The notes: generated by a model from the sequence alone, not told the origin. A DNA stretch of 63,986 bases, filler included, from Octopus bimaculoides (GCF_001194135.2; 10 parts of 10 records of this genome joined end to end with filler, not necessarily neighbours in it), one strand, 5' to 3'. Counted from the whole stretch's first letter, positions 12,320 through 26,390 are shown. Numbers and translations: made by a program.

Positions 12320-12440
12320 TCAAATTTTGACAGAACGCTAGCAATTTTGGGGAGGGATGAATCGATTTCATCGTCCCCAGTGTTCAACTGGCTCTTATTT
12401 TATCGATCACGCGGGGATGAAAAGCACATTGCACTCATAC
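12320..12440 (-). mobile_element. 3' part of SINE family C, degraded
   Basis: aattttgggggagggatgaatcgatttcatcgtccccagtg...atcgatc matches the family C tail in reverse. Confidence 0.65.
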
Positions 12441-12686
12441 CTTTGAAATTACAGCTTATCAAAACGAAATATAGCTAGAAAATAGTTGATGAAATTATAA
12501 ATCCTATGCTATATATGGACCGACTGAAAGTGTATGCTAAAAATGATAGCGAGTTTGAAGACTGTTGAAGCGGTAATGTAGGAACGAATTTTCACAAAAG
12601 CAACATTCAAGAAAGGCAGAATGACGAGCACAAATTCAATAAAATATAGATGATGATGATGATGGTGATGATCATGATGATGATGG

Positions 12687-12838
12687 TTTCTAATTTTGGC
12701 ACATGGCCAGCAATTTTAGAGATGGGGTGAAATCGATTACATCGACCCTAGTACACAACTGATGCATAATTTATCGACCCCGAAAGAATGAAAGGTAAAC
12801 TCGACCTCGACAGAATTTGAATTCAGAACCTAAAGACT
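12687..12838 (-). mobile_element. SINE family C (head truncated)
   Basis: cgattacatcgacccta...atcgaccccgaaagaatgaaaggtaaactcgacctcgacagaatttgaattcagaac is the reverse complement of the 23757-type sequence. Confidence 0.8.
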
Positions 12839-13017
12839 AATATACAACAAGCAGCTTATTATCTACAACAACACAACTTATGCAACATATACTATACAAA
12901 GCTCAATAAAATAACACAACTCACATTATACAAACTACACAGAACAGAATAAAGGAAACGTGAGTCACTTCCTATTTCTGGAGAAGATAATGCTTTATAG
13001 CAAAGACAGGAAACCAA

Positions 13018-14250
13018 TTGAACTATTTAACTGAAACCATAGTAATATGCAACAGCGATATTTCGATGATATTAGGAACCGAGAAACGTGATAGGATAGA
13101 AATGAATCCGGTTTTTAAATTCATGAAAATTACTGGAGTATACCTATCTAATGACGAGAATATAAATTCATTAAACATAGAAGAAAAATTGAAATATCTG
13201 GAAATAATAGGAAGTGAAAAATTTAAAATTATGGGAATCAAGGACAAAAGTTTGCAGAATGAAGATTTGAAATACAAATTTGAATGTGCGAAACATCACA
13301 AAAAAATTAATTTGAGGTCACTATCACAAATGAACTAATGAATAAAACTATTGAATGGATAAATAATGAGCAGTAATGGTTTTGACAAGATATTAAGGGT
13401 GTAGGTCACAATGTACAGAAGTATGCATCCTCAATCAGATGATGAGCGGTTATAGTGGAAAAAACGGAAGGAAATGCGGGTTAGCATATGCCGCAGAATT
13501 AATGTAACTACAGAAGAGAAGTTTAGATTTCTGGCAAGAAGATCTGAAGCCATCTTTAAGACAGTATCGAGTAAAGGAATATTTGCTGAATTACACAGTT
13601 CTCTAAAAGAAAGGATATATCCTTACTTAAATCTGGTAAAAAAAAAAAAAACATAAAAATTACGCGTTAAGGGATGACAGGCCACTTGGCTATAGGTAAA
13701 GGAAGGATGATAAAAAAAAAGCAATGCGTCTGTGAGCGCGCTTTTGACACCACAGGGTGAGACATACATGAAAAATGGATCAAGAAGAAGACACTCCAAT
13801 AGGACAATTCATCCAAATATTGTATGTTCGACATTCCAGAATTACCGGACTTAGTCCAGATCAAATACAAAACGTATTGAGTAAATAGATAACTGATAGC
13901 ATTTCTTTTAACATTCGCTATATTTTTGTAAATAAAATGGTTTTATTGGAGTAAAGAATCATAAAATTCTGCAGCGAAGAAATTGACAGTGTCACAGCCT
14001 TATAATCTGAGTACATTATAGGGAATAATTTGAGAGCAAGTTTTGTACAACTTAGTCTTCAGTTGGGATTTGGTGTACAACAGGAAAACTGTTAACAACA
14101 TTCAGTAAGAATTAATTAATAGGAAAATCCTCAGTACACAGTAAGAACAGAAACGAAGAGCGGAAAATGAAAAATTATATATGAAGTAAAACCTTGCTCT
14201 TGACCATACACAACATAATAGGATGTGATACGATGCATAATTATACGAAG
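13018..14250 (+). pseudogene. Old, heavily decayed R4/Dong-like non-LTR retrotransposon fragment (RT C-terminus, thumb, CCHC region)
   Basis: GVYLSNDENINSLNIEEKLKYLEII (compare GE.IK.L...E.YKYLGI), TMYRSMHPQSD.ERLY.K...G.G, and FCSEEIDSV. These parallel the younger copy at 15165-16289. Confidence 0.6.
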
Positions 14251-14729
14251 CACAACATCGATACCACGTCACAACAGATTCATAATACATTCTACTGAAG
14301 ACACTTTGGATTCAATAGAACAAATCAAGCAGTACACATTCAGAACAGAAGATATAGCGTATGCAATCACGTAAACAACACAATACATGCACTTATATAA
14401 TCGATATTCGAAATTACAAAAACAAAACTCACAAATCTTATCTTCTATAAGTTTGTCATTCAATAACTATAACACAATCAGCACAGAACCTACCATACAC
14501 AATCATTATTCTACATTGAAATAGAAAACACCAATCACAAACAAAATAGGAAAGGACAATATGAATAAACCTCGAAACACAATTATCACATATTGCAAAA
14601 AACAGCACTCGAAATGAGAAAGAATAATATCATTGTTACCTTTAATAAAAATGGAGTAGAGTACAGAGAAAATTCTACAGCCCAAAATTGAGCAGTTTCA
14701 TATACACCAGGTTTAGTAGAAAATCGAGA

Positions 14730-15048
14730 AGGCACGTGACTTAGTGGTTAGGGTAATCAGTTTACGATCGTAAGAGTAGAGTATGGACATCGATTCCAGG
14801 CGGTGTTCTTGAGAAAGACACTTCATTTCAGGGTGCTCCGGTTCACTCAACTGGCAAAAATGAGTTGTAGATGTATTTAAAAGGGCTAGCTTTGTCACGT
14901 TCTAGGTTATGCAGAAATGGCTTGATAACTACGTTTAAAGTATGCGTGTTTCAGGAATCCTCAGCCATTTGTACATTAATTTCACGAGCAGACTATTCCT
15001 TTGAAAGGATCAATTGGGACACTCATCATCGTGACCGACGGAGTACCA
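14730..15048 (+). mobile_element. tRNA-derived SINE family B, full length, diverged
   Basis: Head ggcacgtgacttagtggttaggg, CORE-like gttcttgagaaagacact, and the family B tail ending gtgaccgacggagtacc. Confidence 0.85.
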
Positions 15049-15080
15049 ATTAGAAGGAAATCTCTTGAAACTGAAATATA

Positions 15081-15166
<86 letters not shown>
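15081..15166. repeat. (ACT)n(AAT)n microsatellite
   Basis: Directly visible. It abuts the 5' end of the R4/Dong fragment. Confidence 0.95.
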
Positions 15167-15167
<1 letters not shown>

Positions 15168-16289
15168 GATCAGCTACTCATCAATAAGATGATCTTAAAA
15201 GATTGTCACAAGCGACACAAAAACTTGTCAATAACCTGGATAGACTATAAAAAGGCCTTTCATAGCCTACCACATAGCTGGATTAGGAATTGTCTGGAAA
15301 TGTATGAAATAGCTCCTACTCTGCGAAACTTTTTATCTGTAAGTATGAGATCATGGAGAACCACACTGACATTGAACAATGACAATGAATTTCTAAATGC
15401 TGGAGATGTAAGAATTTCATGTGGCATTTTCCAGGGTGACTCNNNNNNNNNNNNNNNNNNNNNNNNNNNNNNNNNNNNNNNNNNNNNNNNNNNNNNNNNN
15501 NNNNNNNNNNNNNNNNNNNNNNNNNNNNNNNNNNNNNNNNNNNNNNNNNNNNNNNNNNNNNNNNNNNNNNNNNNNNNNNNNNNNNNNNNNNNNNNNNNNN
15601 NNNNNNNNNNNNNNNNNNNNNNNNNNNNNNNNNNNNNNNNNNNNNNNNNNNNNNNNNNNNNNNNNNNNNNNNNNNNNNNNNNNNNNNNNNNNNNNNNNNN
15701 NNNNNNNNNNNNNNAACTCAAAGGCCTACTAGCGATTGTTAAACAATTCAGTGATGACATCAGGATGCAATTTGGCCTTGATAAATGTGCAAAAGCTACC
15801 TTTATCAAAGGAAAAATGACAAAAACATCTAATGTGAACCTTGACCAGCAAAATGTCATAAAAGAGTGAGAACCAGCCGAGAGTTACAAATACCTAGGGG
15901 TAATTGAAGGGAACAATATCAAGCATTTAGTGATGAGGTAAATGATCAGAAGAGAATGTTATCGTAGGGTGAGAGCAATACTGAAGACAGAGCTGAACGC
16001 AAGAAACAGGATCGAAGCGATCAATGCTCTAGCCATACCACTCGTGACTTACAGTTTCAATATCGTTAACTGGTCAATTACTGAAATATGTAATGTTGAC
16101 AGAAAAATACGAAAACTGTTGACAATGCATAGAATGCACAACACTAGGTCAGATATAGAACGTCTTTATCTGCTAGGAAAATAGGGAGGTCGTGGACTTT
16201 TACAGCTGGCATTAACAATGAAGGTAGCCACAATTGACCTAGACACCTATCTGAAAAACTCTGAGGACTGGATGCTAAAACCTGTCCCA
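15165..16289 (+). pseudogene. R4/Dong-like non-LTR retrotransposon reverse transcriptase fragment (5'-truncated, gapped)
   Basis: KDQLLINKMIL, WIDYKKAFHSLPHSWI, GIFQGDS, FSDDIRMQFGLDKCA, YKYLG, TELNARNRIEAINALAIP, SDIERLYL. Premature stops near 15869 and 16184. Confidence 0.9.
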
Positions 16290-16645
16290 NNNNNNNNNNN
16301 NNNNNNNNNNNNNNNNNNNNNNNNNNNNNNNNNTTAATTAATTAANNNNNNNNNNNNNNNNNNNNNNNNNNNNNNNNNNNNNNNNNNNNAAAAATTAAAA
16401 CTTATAAGTAGGTATGTATGCATACACAAACAACTACAAGTATATCTAATCTTATATATGTATATCTGTGTGTGCGTTTGTGTGTATAGGTGTGAGAATA
16501 TATGAGTATATAAATGTGCGCATATGTTTGAGCGGGCGAAATACTGATATGGCTCTTTATATATATACGCCTTACATACAAAAATATATACTGGTTTATA
16601 CACACAATTCATAGACACTAACGCAAAAACGCAAGCACACACACA

Positions 16646-16709
<64 letters not shown>

Positions 16710-18167
16710 CTACCATGTATACGTGTATAATTCGGTATTTGTTTATATATACAATACTTTTGTATACATAAATATATCAGTATTTATATACGATATAATT
16801 AACACGAACTAATGACTGTTTCTTTAGTTAGTGGTGAGTGTGTAATCAAACTACAGACTGACGTGTCGATTCATTGTGTGTGGCACAGATAGAGTTATGA
16901 CACGTTGCCTCGATGTCTGATAGTGGCTCGCATATGAACAGCCATTGTCTTGTTTTCGACCTCCACCTAGAGATATTACTGTGGTCGGTGAGAGACATTG
17001 CAACACTAGACCAGATAACATTGCATACGTACACATTCAATACAGCGCACTCTTTATATATATATATATATATATATATNNNNNNNNNNNNNNNNNNNNN
17101 NNNNNNNNNNNNNNNNNNNNNNNNNNNNNNNNNNNNNNNNNNNNNNNNNNNNNNNNNNNNNNNNNNNNNNNNNNNNNNNNNNNNNNNNNNNNNNNNNNNN
17201 NNNNNNNNNNNNNNNNNNNNNNNNNNNNNNNNNNNNNNNNNNNNNNNNNNNNNNNNNNNNNNNNNNNNNNNNNNNNNNNNNNNNNNNNNNNNNNNNNNNN
17301 NNNNNNNNNNNNNNNNNNNNNNNNNNNNNNNNNNNNNNNNNNNNNNNNNNNNNNNNNNNNNNNNNNNNNNNNNNNNNNNNNNNNNNNNNNNNNNNNNNNN
17401 NNNNNNNNNNNNNNNNNNNNNNNNNNNNNNNNNNNNNNNNNNNNNNNNNNNNNNNNNNNNNNNNNNNNNNNNNNNNNNNNNNNNNNNNNNNNNNNNNNNN
17501 NNNNNNNNNNNNNNNNNNNNNNNNNNNNNNNNNNNNNNNNNNNNNNNNNNNNNNNNNNNNNNNNNNNNNNNNNNNNNNNNNNNNNNNNNNNNNNNNNNNN
17601 NNNNNNNNNNNNNNNNNNNNNNNNNNNNNNNNNNNNNNNNNNNNNNNNNNNNNNNNNNNNNNNNNNNNNNNNNNNNNNNNNNNNNNNNNNNNNNNNNNNN
17701 NNNNNNNNNNNNNNNNNNNNNNNNNNNNNNNNNNNNNNNNNNNNNNNNNNNNNNNNNNNNNNNNNNNNNNNNNNNNNNNNNNNNNNNNNNNNNNNNNNNN
17801 NNNNNNNNNNNNNNNNNNNNNNNNNNNNNNNNNNNNNNNNNNNNNNNNNNNNNNNNNNNNNNNNNNNNNNNNNNNNNNNNTATATATATATGTAATGACT
17901 TATATACATAAAAACACGCTTATGCATATACATACGCATGCATACATACATCCTTACATACAATAAGAGAACCTGAGAAAGAGACCGAACATCAGGAATG
18001 AATGTGTGACGTGTTCCCATTTGCCAATCCTGGATGTAATACATCCGTACTTGAAATTTCATTAAATTTCTGGTATTTTACCCCACCCCCACCCCTCGGA
18101 AAAGACTGATATACCAGAATGCGGAATTTCACAAGCCGTGATCCCACTTCTGATCTTCCAACTGTAT

Positions 18168-19878
18168 AGCTCAAATTTTCTGTTGGAGGTATTTCTAACT
18201 AAAAATAGTGCGTCGTCCCCATCGAATTCAGGGAATTCTTCTTTGAGTAAGTGTAAATTCCAACTAAGTCGGTAGAGATATACAAAAAAAAAGACATTAC
18301 ACAACTTCTTCAAAAACCAAGAACTAGCCATTACCATTGAAAAAGATTACAACTAAGTGAAATTCCTAGACGTTAATTTTAACCCTAATATTTCATGTTA
18401 TCAAACTTGCCATAAACCTAGCAATACTATCACGTACATACATGCACAAAGTAACCATCCTCATAATATTATTTAAAAAAATCTACCCTCTAACATAGAA
18501 AGTAGAATTAACTTATTATCCAATGAGGAAAATTTTAACAAACACAAGGACTACTATAATCTAGCACTTAAGAAGGCAGGAGACAAATATCGAATTAAGT
18601 ACAACGAAAACAATAGCAGCTATTCTAATTATTCCAATAAATAACCATATTAATGAACCCATATCAACTGGTATATTAGAAAACACCGACACACGATTAA
18701 TTAAGTTTTCTCAATAATAATCATCAGCAATACATTAGCAATAGACAAATCCTACAACAACAATAAACATAATATCAGACGCTATATGAGCAGGATAACC
18801 ATAACCTCGCTAATAGGACGAATAACAGTAATTTTACCAACCCACAAATCACTGTTAATAATGTAATTAAACCCAAGTAGACGAACAATAAATATCGAAA
18901 TCAAATAACTAAAGATAGAAATAAGAACATGAAACCTACACACTTGAAAAATGAAACTTATCCCACTACATATCATCCTTCTAATAATTCACATAATCGC
19001 ATAAATCATATTAATAAAGTTACGAATAATATAGAAACAAAGTAATCTATACCATATGTAAGAATAGATGACCCACAAAATATTAAACCACTACGATAAT
19101 AGACGCAGCAATAACATCATTTGGATCATAATTCTTTTTGCAAAACATCTAAAATCTAATTCTATTAAATGCATTAGAAACAACATTAAAAAAAAATTTA
19201 ACTCTAAATATGCAAAAATATTTAATAACAAAATGATCAGATTTGGATTTTCAGTATCTCTAAACCTATATAGGATCATCACTTCATTTCACAATAGGAA
19301 ACTAGACCAATTCTATAAAAAAAACAAAAAACTTTGTAATATACATACTAACCTCGATAATTCCATATCTAATAACAATTATCAGAATAACCAAACGTCA
19401 ATTACCCCTAATACATATAGACATAACAATAGAGTACCAACTAATAATTCTAATTGTAATTGTAGAAACCCGAATACTTGTGAAGTAGAAGGTAACTGTA
19501 AAATGAAAGATGTAGTATACAAAGCAACAGTTATTACCCATAATCTCTCTAAATTGACTTACATCGGATGTACACAAAATGCTTTCAAATTAAGATTAGA
19601 TAATCATAGATTATCCTTTAATGACCCTAGAAAAATAAATAGCACAGGTCTATCCAAAAAGGTTTGGCAACGGAAAAGAAGCAATACAGATTACTCGATT
19701 TCTTGCAAAATACTTTCTTCAGTTCCATCTTATAGACATAATAATATGATATTCAAATTATGCGTAGAAGAGAGTTTATATAACAATGAAAATGAATAGT
19801 TTTCTCGTAAATTCGAGAGATGAAAAGGTTTCTTCTTGTAGACATTTGTCAAAGTTCCTTTTCATTAACCTTAAATAA
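18168..19878 (+). pseudogene. Penelope-like element (RT C-half plus GIY-YIG), 5'-truncated, with inverted 5' segment
   Basis: VKFLDVNFN, YIHAQSNHPHNII, CNCRNPNTCEVEGNCKMKDVVYKATV, YIGCTQNAFKLRLDNHRLSF, LCVEE, SSCRHLSKFL*. The segment 18168-18280 encodes the RT catalytic neighbourhood on the minus strand. Confidence 0.9.
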
Positions 19879-20146
19879 TCTTTTCACCCACTACCTTAAG
19901 TACTGACATATTATTCCTTCTCCTTGAACTTTAGTTGTTATGTATAAAACCTCTCTCTAAATTATTCTATAATACGCTCTACTTTAATTATCTTACACTA
20001 TTTGGATATTCATATGTTATTGAACCATCCCGCCATATATTGTACGAACCTCATTTTACTTATATAAAACCTATACCAAATGTTTATATACCTTGCCCTC
20101 TTTCTCAATATATATATTTTAGACAATTTTTGGACCATTACTTAAT

Positions 20147-20245
<99 letters not shown>

Positions 20246-20312
20246 CATTATTTGTATGTAATCTATATTTTTAAAATGTGTACTTAGATACGCCTCTCTC
20301 ACCTAGTCTAAA

Positions 20313-20379
<67 letters not shown>

Positions 20380-22016
20380 ATAATTTCCTAATGCCAATAT
20401 GTATGATACTTTTTACTTTTTGCTTTTTACTATTGATAAAGGCAAACACCTTTTAATATTTTTTCGATGACTATTTTGCCATTATATATTTTTTTATTAT
20501 CCTTTTCACATTTACTTCCTTATTCGTATCCTATTCCGTTTGTACAATATGCGTATATATATATATATAAAAAAAACTACCTCTATTAACTATCTCAATT
20601 TTTATTTCTAAAATGTTATTTGAATATTTTGTGTTTCTTACAAATCTCCGTATATTAACCAAATCTTACAGATGATATACGTTTATACTAACAGTAATAG
20701 TAATTCTAATCACTTCCATGAAATTCATTAAACTTTCGTGGAAGTCATTGAGTTACACGAAATGCACACATTCTCATAGATATAGTTTATTTATCTTTTT
20801 GGTTATGCATATAAATAGAGTTATAGTATTTCCACCTTCTTTTTCTGTTTTTTCTCTTCATTAGTTTTAATATTATTTTTATTTATCTATCATAATAATA
20901 ATTATTACTACTTCTGACGTTTTTTTCAACTTTATATTTACACTGATTAATATAATTAATAGATTATACATTATATTCTATATTTAACTTATAAAACTTA
21001 TTAACTTTATGCATATACGTACGTCATATATTATAATATCGTTATACAAAGATATATGGATGTACACATATGTATGTATATATCTGCATAAGCAACAAGT
21101 ATATATATATATATNNNNNNNNNNNNNNNNNNNNNNNNNNNNNNNNNNNNNNNNNNNNNNNNNNNNNNNNNNNNNNNNNNNNNCACATATACACATATAT
21201 ATCCTTTCATCTTATTTTGTATTTTCTTTTTTTTTAATGCATCTGTATGCAAAATATATATACATATTTTGAAATAATATTCTTCTGTATATTAGAGATT
21301 TATACATATGAATTACTTCTCGTATCTTTATTATACTTATTTATTTCGTACCTATCACTCCATAATAATAAAAACACTTTTTCTTACATCCACGTTCACC
21401 ACTACGTTATATAAGTTAGAATATTATTTATAAATATCACTTCGGTTTTCTACCTCTTTTATCCGTAACTAGATGCTCAATTCATATTGCAATTTTTTAA
21501 TAACTAACATAGTTAACATTAAAATATAGAAAAATGTATTTCTTCGAAAAATCATTCTTAAGAATATACCTTAGCCTTATCTTCCTTACATTGTAACCTT
21601 ATTCAAACTCTCAAAAAAAAAAAAAATCATACGTGTTTTTTTTTCAATATATTTAACCACAGCAAGTATTGTATTTCTCTATACTGTAATATTAACAACT
21701 ATTCTACTTTTTTTAGTCCTTCCTCTTAGACTTATTTCACACAAACGAATATAATGCTCTTTAAGTAATTACAAATCTGTTTTCCCCATTATATTAGCCT
21801 AAAAATTACACCGTCACAACCCTAAACTTTTTGTCATCTGAATTTCAAGTAACTTATATAAAATTATACTAACTACTTATATTTGTGATTCTAGGATTTT
21901 TTTAAAAGACAATTTCATTTTAATATACAACACAATTTATTTTCATTATTTGCATTGTATACCACTCATAAATATCAAATCATATATAAATATAGCTATG
22001 CATATATGTACACATA

Positions 22017-22095
<79 letters not shown>

Positions 22096-23202
22096 ATACA
22101 CATATAATATTTTACTTCTAATGATAAATGCTTTATATGTATATATATAAACGCATTTGGTTTCACGACAGCTTCTTCACACTTTCTATCTTTACATATT
22201 CTCTATCTCTTGAACATATATAGAGGATGTGATATCTGGTACAATGCTGCGGAATTGCACGTGGATATTGTGGTTCGAAAGCCTTAACCACTTAACAATT
22301 CATAAAGGTATGCAATGGTGTTTTTTGACACCTGACTATATAAGATGATACATCAGTCTGAAGTGAAGAGAATGTAGGTATGAAATTTATGTCCACTTTG
22401 TGTGAACTCACCGCCTAATATTTCAGTCGGTTTGATCTGTTCTTATAGAATCAATGGATCAGCTGATGAGTGACATGGTCGACTACACACAGAAACTCAC
22501 ATAAGTATATATCTGCGTGCGTGTATGAGTGTGTGTATATATATATATATATATATATCTGTGTCTTCATGTGCGTACGTGTTATGCATCTAAGGGAAAC
22601 TGAATTATCTGCGTGAGCAGCCCTTAGATATAACTTGATGTAAAATAGCTACAATTTGGTATATGGGGCAATATTTTGCCTGGTGTTATTTAGCAGACTG
22701 AAATATTATTTTCTCACACGTTTCCTGTGTGATTCAACTGTTAAATATCTTTCCATTTTCAAACATTTATTTTGCCAAATGCTAACTGCAATCCAATGAA
22801 ATTTGTACAGTTAAAGTCTCTATCAGTGCTACACTGTATCTCTATTTAATGTTTGTCCCACAGGGAGGTTCCCGTTATACATCTGAAATGAAATAACTGC
22901 TATAAAAAAGCTTCAACTCACAAGTCATCATTCATTTCAGCAAAACAGCAGGCACGTTGTAGAACAGTTTTAATTCCACCGTTGCTAAAAACTACAACCC
23001 ATTGCGATTCATTTCGTGTCTATATTTTCATTGCAGACAGATATAAATATGTAATACACAACTGTAATATCAAGGGCAGCGGTCTTATGCATGGGGAGGA
23101 CTGTAATATCTAACAACACATCTCAACTCTGTCAATGGTATTAAATTTTCTCCATTGATTAAGAAAATCCTAACACCATACACATTTTAGGACATTAATA
23201 AA

Positions 23203-23695
23203 AGGCGCAAAAGTTGCTGTGTAGTTAAGAAGCTTGCTTTGTAATCATAAGATTTCGGGTTCAGTCCCACTGCGAGGCACCTTGAGCAATTGAATTTTAC
23301 TATATTCTTGGACTGACTAACGCCTTATGAAGAAAACTAGAGAAAAACAGTTTGGAAGCCTATCGTGTATATACATGAGTTGTGCAAGTGTGTGTAAGTG
23401 TGTGTGTGTACGTAGGTGTGTGTACGTATCCGTGCGTGTTTGTGTGTGTGTGTGTGTGTGTGTATGTGTGTGTGTGTGTGCTTGAGTGTGCCTGAGTGTG
23501 CGGATATATGTGTTTATGTGTTTTCTGTTTGTGTTTGTCCTTTTCCTTAGCCCGATCACTTAACGATTCGGCGAACAGGACTGTTAGCATAATTACCCGA
23601 GTTTGAAAATTATAAATACCATTTCGAATAAACCTTTTAAAAGCGGTGCTTCAGCCTGGCTTCAGTCCAATGACTAAAGAAATAAAAATAAAAGA
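23203..23695 (+). mobile_element. SINE family A (tRNA head, CORE-like block, internal microsatellite, tail), full length
   Basis: B-box GGTTCAGTCCC, gcaccttgagcaa (CORE-like), a central (GT)n tract, and tail gcggtgcttcagcctggcttcagtccaatgact. Confidence 0.85.
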
Positions 23696-23756
23696 TAGTA
23701 GAGATTGATCAGGACAGGTTGTATACAAATGATTGCTTCATATATACAGAGGAACC

Positions 23757-23975
23757 AAGGCGGCGAGCTGGACGAAACGTTTGCACGCTGGGCGAAATGT
23801 GTGCAGTATTTTGTCTGTCTTTACGTTCTGAGCTCAAATTCTACCGAGGTCGACTTTGCCTTTCATACTTTCGGGGTCGATAAATTAAGTCTCAGTTGCG
23901 TACTGGGGTCGATCTAATCGACTGTCTCCTTCCCCATAAATTTCAGGCCTTGTGCCTAGAGTAGAAAAGATTATA
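23757..23975 (+). mobile_element. SINE family C, near full length
   Basis: aaggcggcgagctggacgaaacgtt...gagctcaaattctaccgaggtcgactttgcctttcat...ggggtcgat...caggccttgtgcct. Confidence 0.9.
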
Positions 23976-25189
23976 TCCAGATGACCCGTCTTGGCTGGTT
24001 GATATTTCGTCACATTTCTCTTAGATTACATGTGACACTTAGCTGTTGTGATTCTTAGATTTTCTAAGTGTGCAGCACTATTTAAATATTAAAACAGCAT
24101 AATCGTTTAGCCATAAGATATTGTTTAGCCTTAAGATATTTTTGCCTTCAAACACACCTACTGAATCTAACGAAAACAGTTACTCACTGTTTCCTACATC
24201 GAAGGCGACAAATGTAGCTGACAGCGCGAAAAGTCATCGAGAAGAACACAAAAGGCTGAAATTCATTCGGTGTCCTCGGTGACCGCTCTGTTATGTTTTG
24301 TGCTTTTGACGCAGTACGTACATAAGAGGAATTTACTGGGCGACGAACTGTATCTACATTAATTATAATGCATAGCTGTCTATTTTAATTTAATACTGCC
24401 TCAATACAGATTTCTTAAGATGTTTTAAGATTCGAAATTCGGAAAAAAAAAGTTGTACAAAGTCGTTACTTACATAAAATAATTAAATAGAAACTAACTG
24501 AAATGTATCTCCAAAATATTCGTCTATACTTGGGGAATCAAACACGAAATAAGAATTCACTTCTGATATATAAATTATACTTTTTGTCATAGAACTGGTA
24601 AAACAATGCTTTTGTGAATCCCAGACCTCCTGTTCAATTTGAAACCAACAAAATTCAAAAATTATTCAACTCTCCTTACTCACAAATCTTTCCGCTGGCA
24701 ATTAACCTTCAAATCAATTAAGTCATTAAATGTATGTATTTTTAACACACATCACTACATCCGCTTGCCACTTCAAACATCTCCCCAACTTAGAAGCTTA
24801 GATACTTTTCCTTTCTTACCAATTATTCAATAAACGAAACGCTTGCCTATATTCTTTGAGGCAGTTTGTCAATTTGGTTTACTCGCTAATATGTCGGTTA
24901 ACAGACACTTCGATATGAAAGCGGATAATTATACACCGAAAAACACAGTATATGCCAAGGATTTGGCCAACAAATAGGAACCAAAACTATTTCGGTTTTA
25001 TTAACCTATTTAGTCATTCTGGCCATAATATTACTGGAAAATCCAACGAAAAAAATATATATCAAACTATAATGGAAATGCACAAGATGTGTTAATGATG
25101 GGGTATGAAATTTAGGAATCAGTCTCCAAAACAATGGTAAAAAAAATATTAACGAAAGAAAACAAAATCTATACAAACGTTGACGTTTC

Positions 25190-26390
25190 TACACAGAACA
25201 TCATCATCTTTATGATGATGATGTTGGTCATCAACCTACAAAACCACCACCACCACCACACCATCCCTACAATCATCGTCTTCACCACCAACACCGCCAA
25301 CCTAACCACCACAACTATTACTACCATTGTCCTTGTCGTTGTCATCATCATAATCGTCATAAATACCAACATTTTCATCAGCATCGTCATTATCGACATC
25401 ATCATCATCATCATCATCATCATCACCAACAGAGTCATTGTCATCGTCCGAAAGTGGTTATTGACGTTGTAAATACTGTCTTGTTCACATATTAAGGTAC
25501 AGACCAACATCCAGATCAAGCAAGCGTTCAGTTCAATACACCAACCATAATCATCACCTTCACCATCATACCTCCACGATAGCCATCACTGACAATACAA
25601 CCATCACCACCATCAGCACTATTATAATCAATGCCAGCACCATCCTGATGGTTGAATAACAACGTATTACTTACCAACAACACCCCTAAATATCATATCA
25701 CAAACCTCTTAACACCAAAATCAACACCGCCGCCACCGCCACCGCCACCGCCACNNNNNNNNNNNNNNNNNNNNNNNNNNNNNNNNNNNNNNNNNNNNNN
25801 NNNNNNNNNNNNNNNNNNNNNNNNNNNNNNNNNNNNNNNNNNNNNNNNNNNNNNNNNNNNNNNNNNNNNNNNNNNNNNNNNNNNNNNNNNNNNNNNNNNN
25901 NNNNNNNNNNNNNNNNNNNNNNNNNNNNNNNNNNNNNNNNNNNNNNNNNNNNNNNNNNNNNNNNNNNNNNNNNNNNNNNNNNNNNNNNNNNNNNNNNNNN
26001 NNNNNNNNNNNNNNNNNNNNNNNNNNNNNNNCGCTGCCACCGCCGCCGCCGCCACCGCCGCCACTACAATCAACACCATCGCAACAAACATCATTAATAC
26101 CAGATCAACCACTACCAACACCGCAACAAAACCACCACTGTACCACAACCAATACTATCTCCATCACTAATAACACCACAACAATCACCAGCACAAGTTT
26201 CGTCATCATCATCATCATCATCACCAGCATTATCATTATCACCACCACCACCACCACCACTACCACCGCCGCTACCATCCCCATCACTACATATACATTC
26301 CCCTACCACCACAATCTCTACTACCACCATACCCACAACAACCACCACTACCACCACAACCACCAATACTACCCAGAATTCGCCATAAAT
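25190..26390. repeat. Degenerate trinucleotide tract (ACC/ATC/GCC)n with central gap
   Basis: Directly visible. It produces poly-H/I/T/P/A pseudo-ORFs on both strands. Confidence 0.9.

Noticed and set aside
16913-18062. Long ORFs of 300-430 aa in the ORF track (also 26628-27534, 35500-36779, 56956-58508, 59218-60372)
   Set aside because: They consist of N-runs and dinucleotide repeats translated without stops.
20431-20460. TTGATAAAGGCAAACACC...AATATT downstream of the 18168-19878 PLE as a possible ribozyme relic
   Set aside because: GAAA is missing and stem I is not recoverable. Too degenerate to support.
22463-22500. CTGATGAG...CAGAAAC hammerhead-like spacing
   Set aside because: Stem II does not close directly on GAAA, and there is no stem I or stem III pairing.
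25134-26366. Poly-His/Ile/Pro/Ala/Gly ORFs suggestive of a transcription factor
   Set aside because: They are products of trinucleotide repeats on both strands, with no domain or splice evidence.
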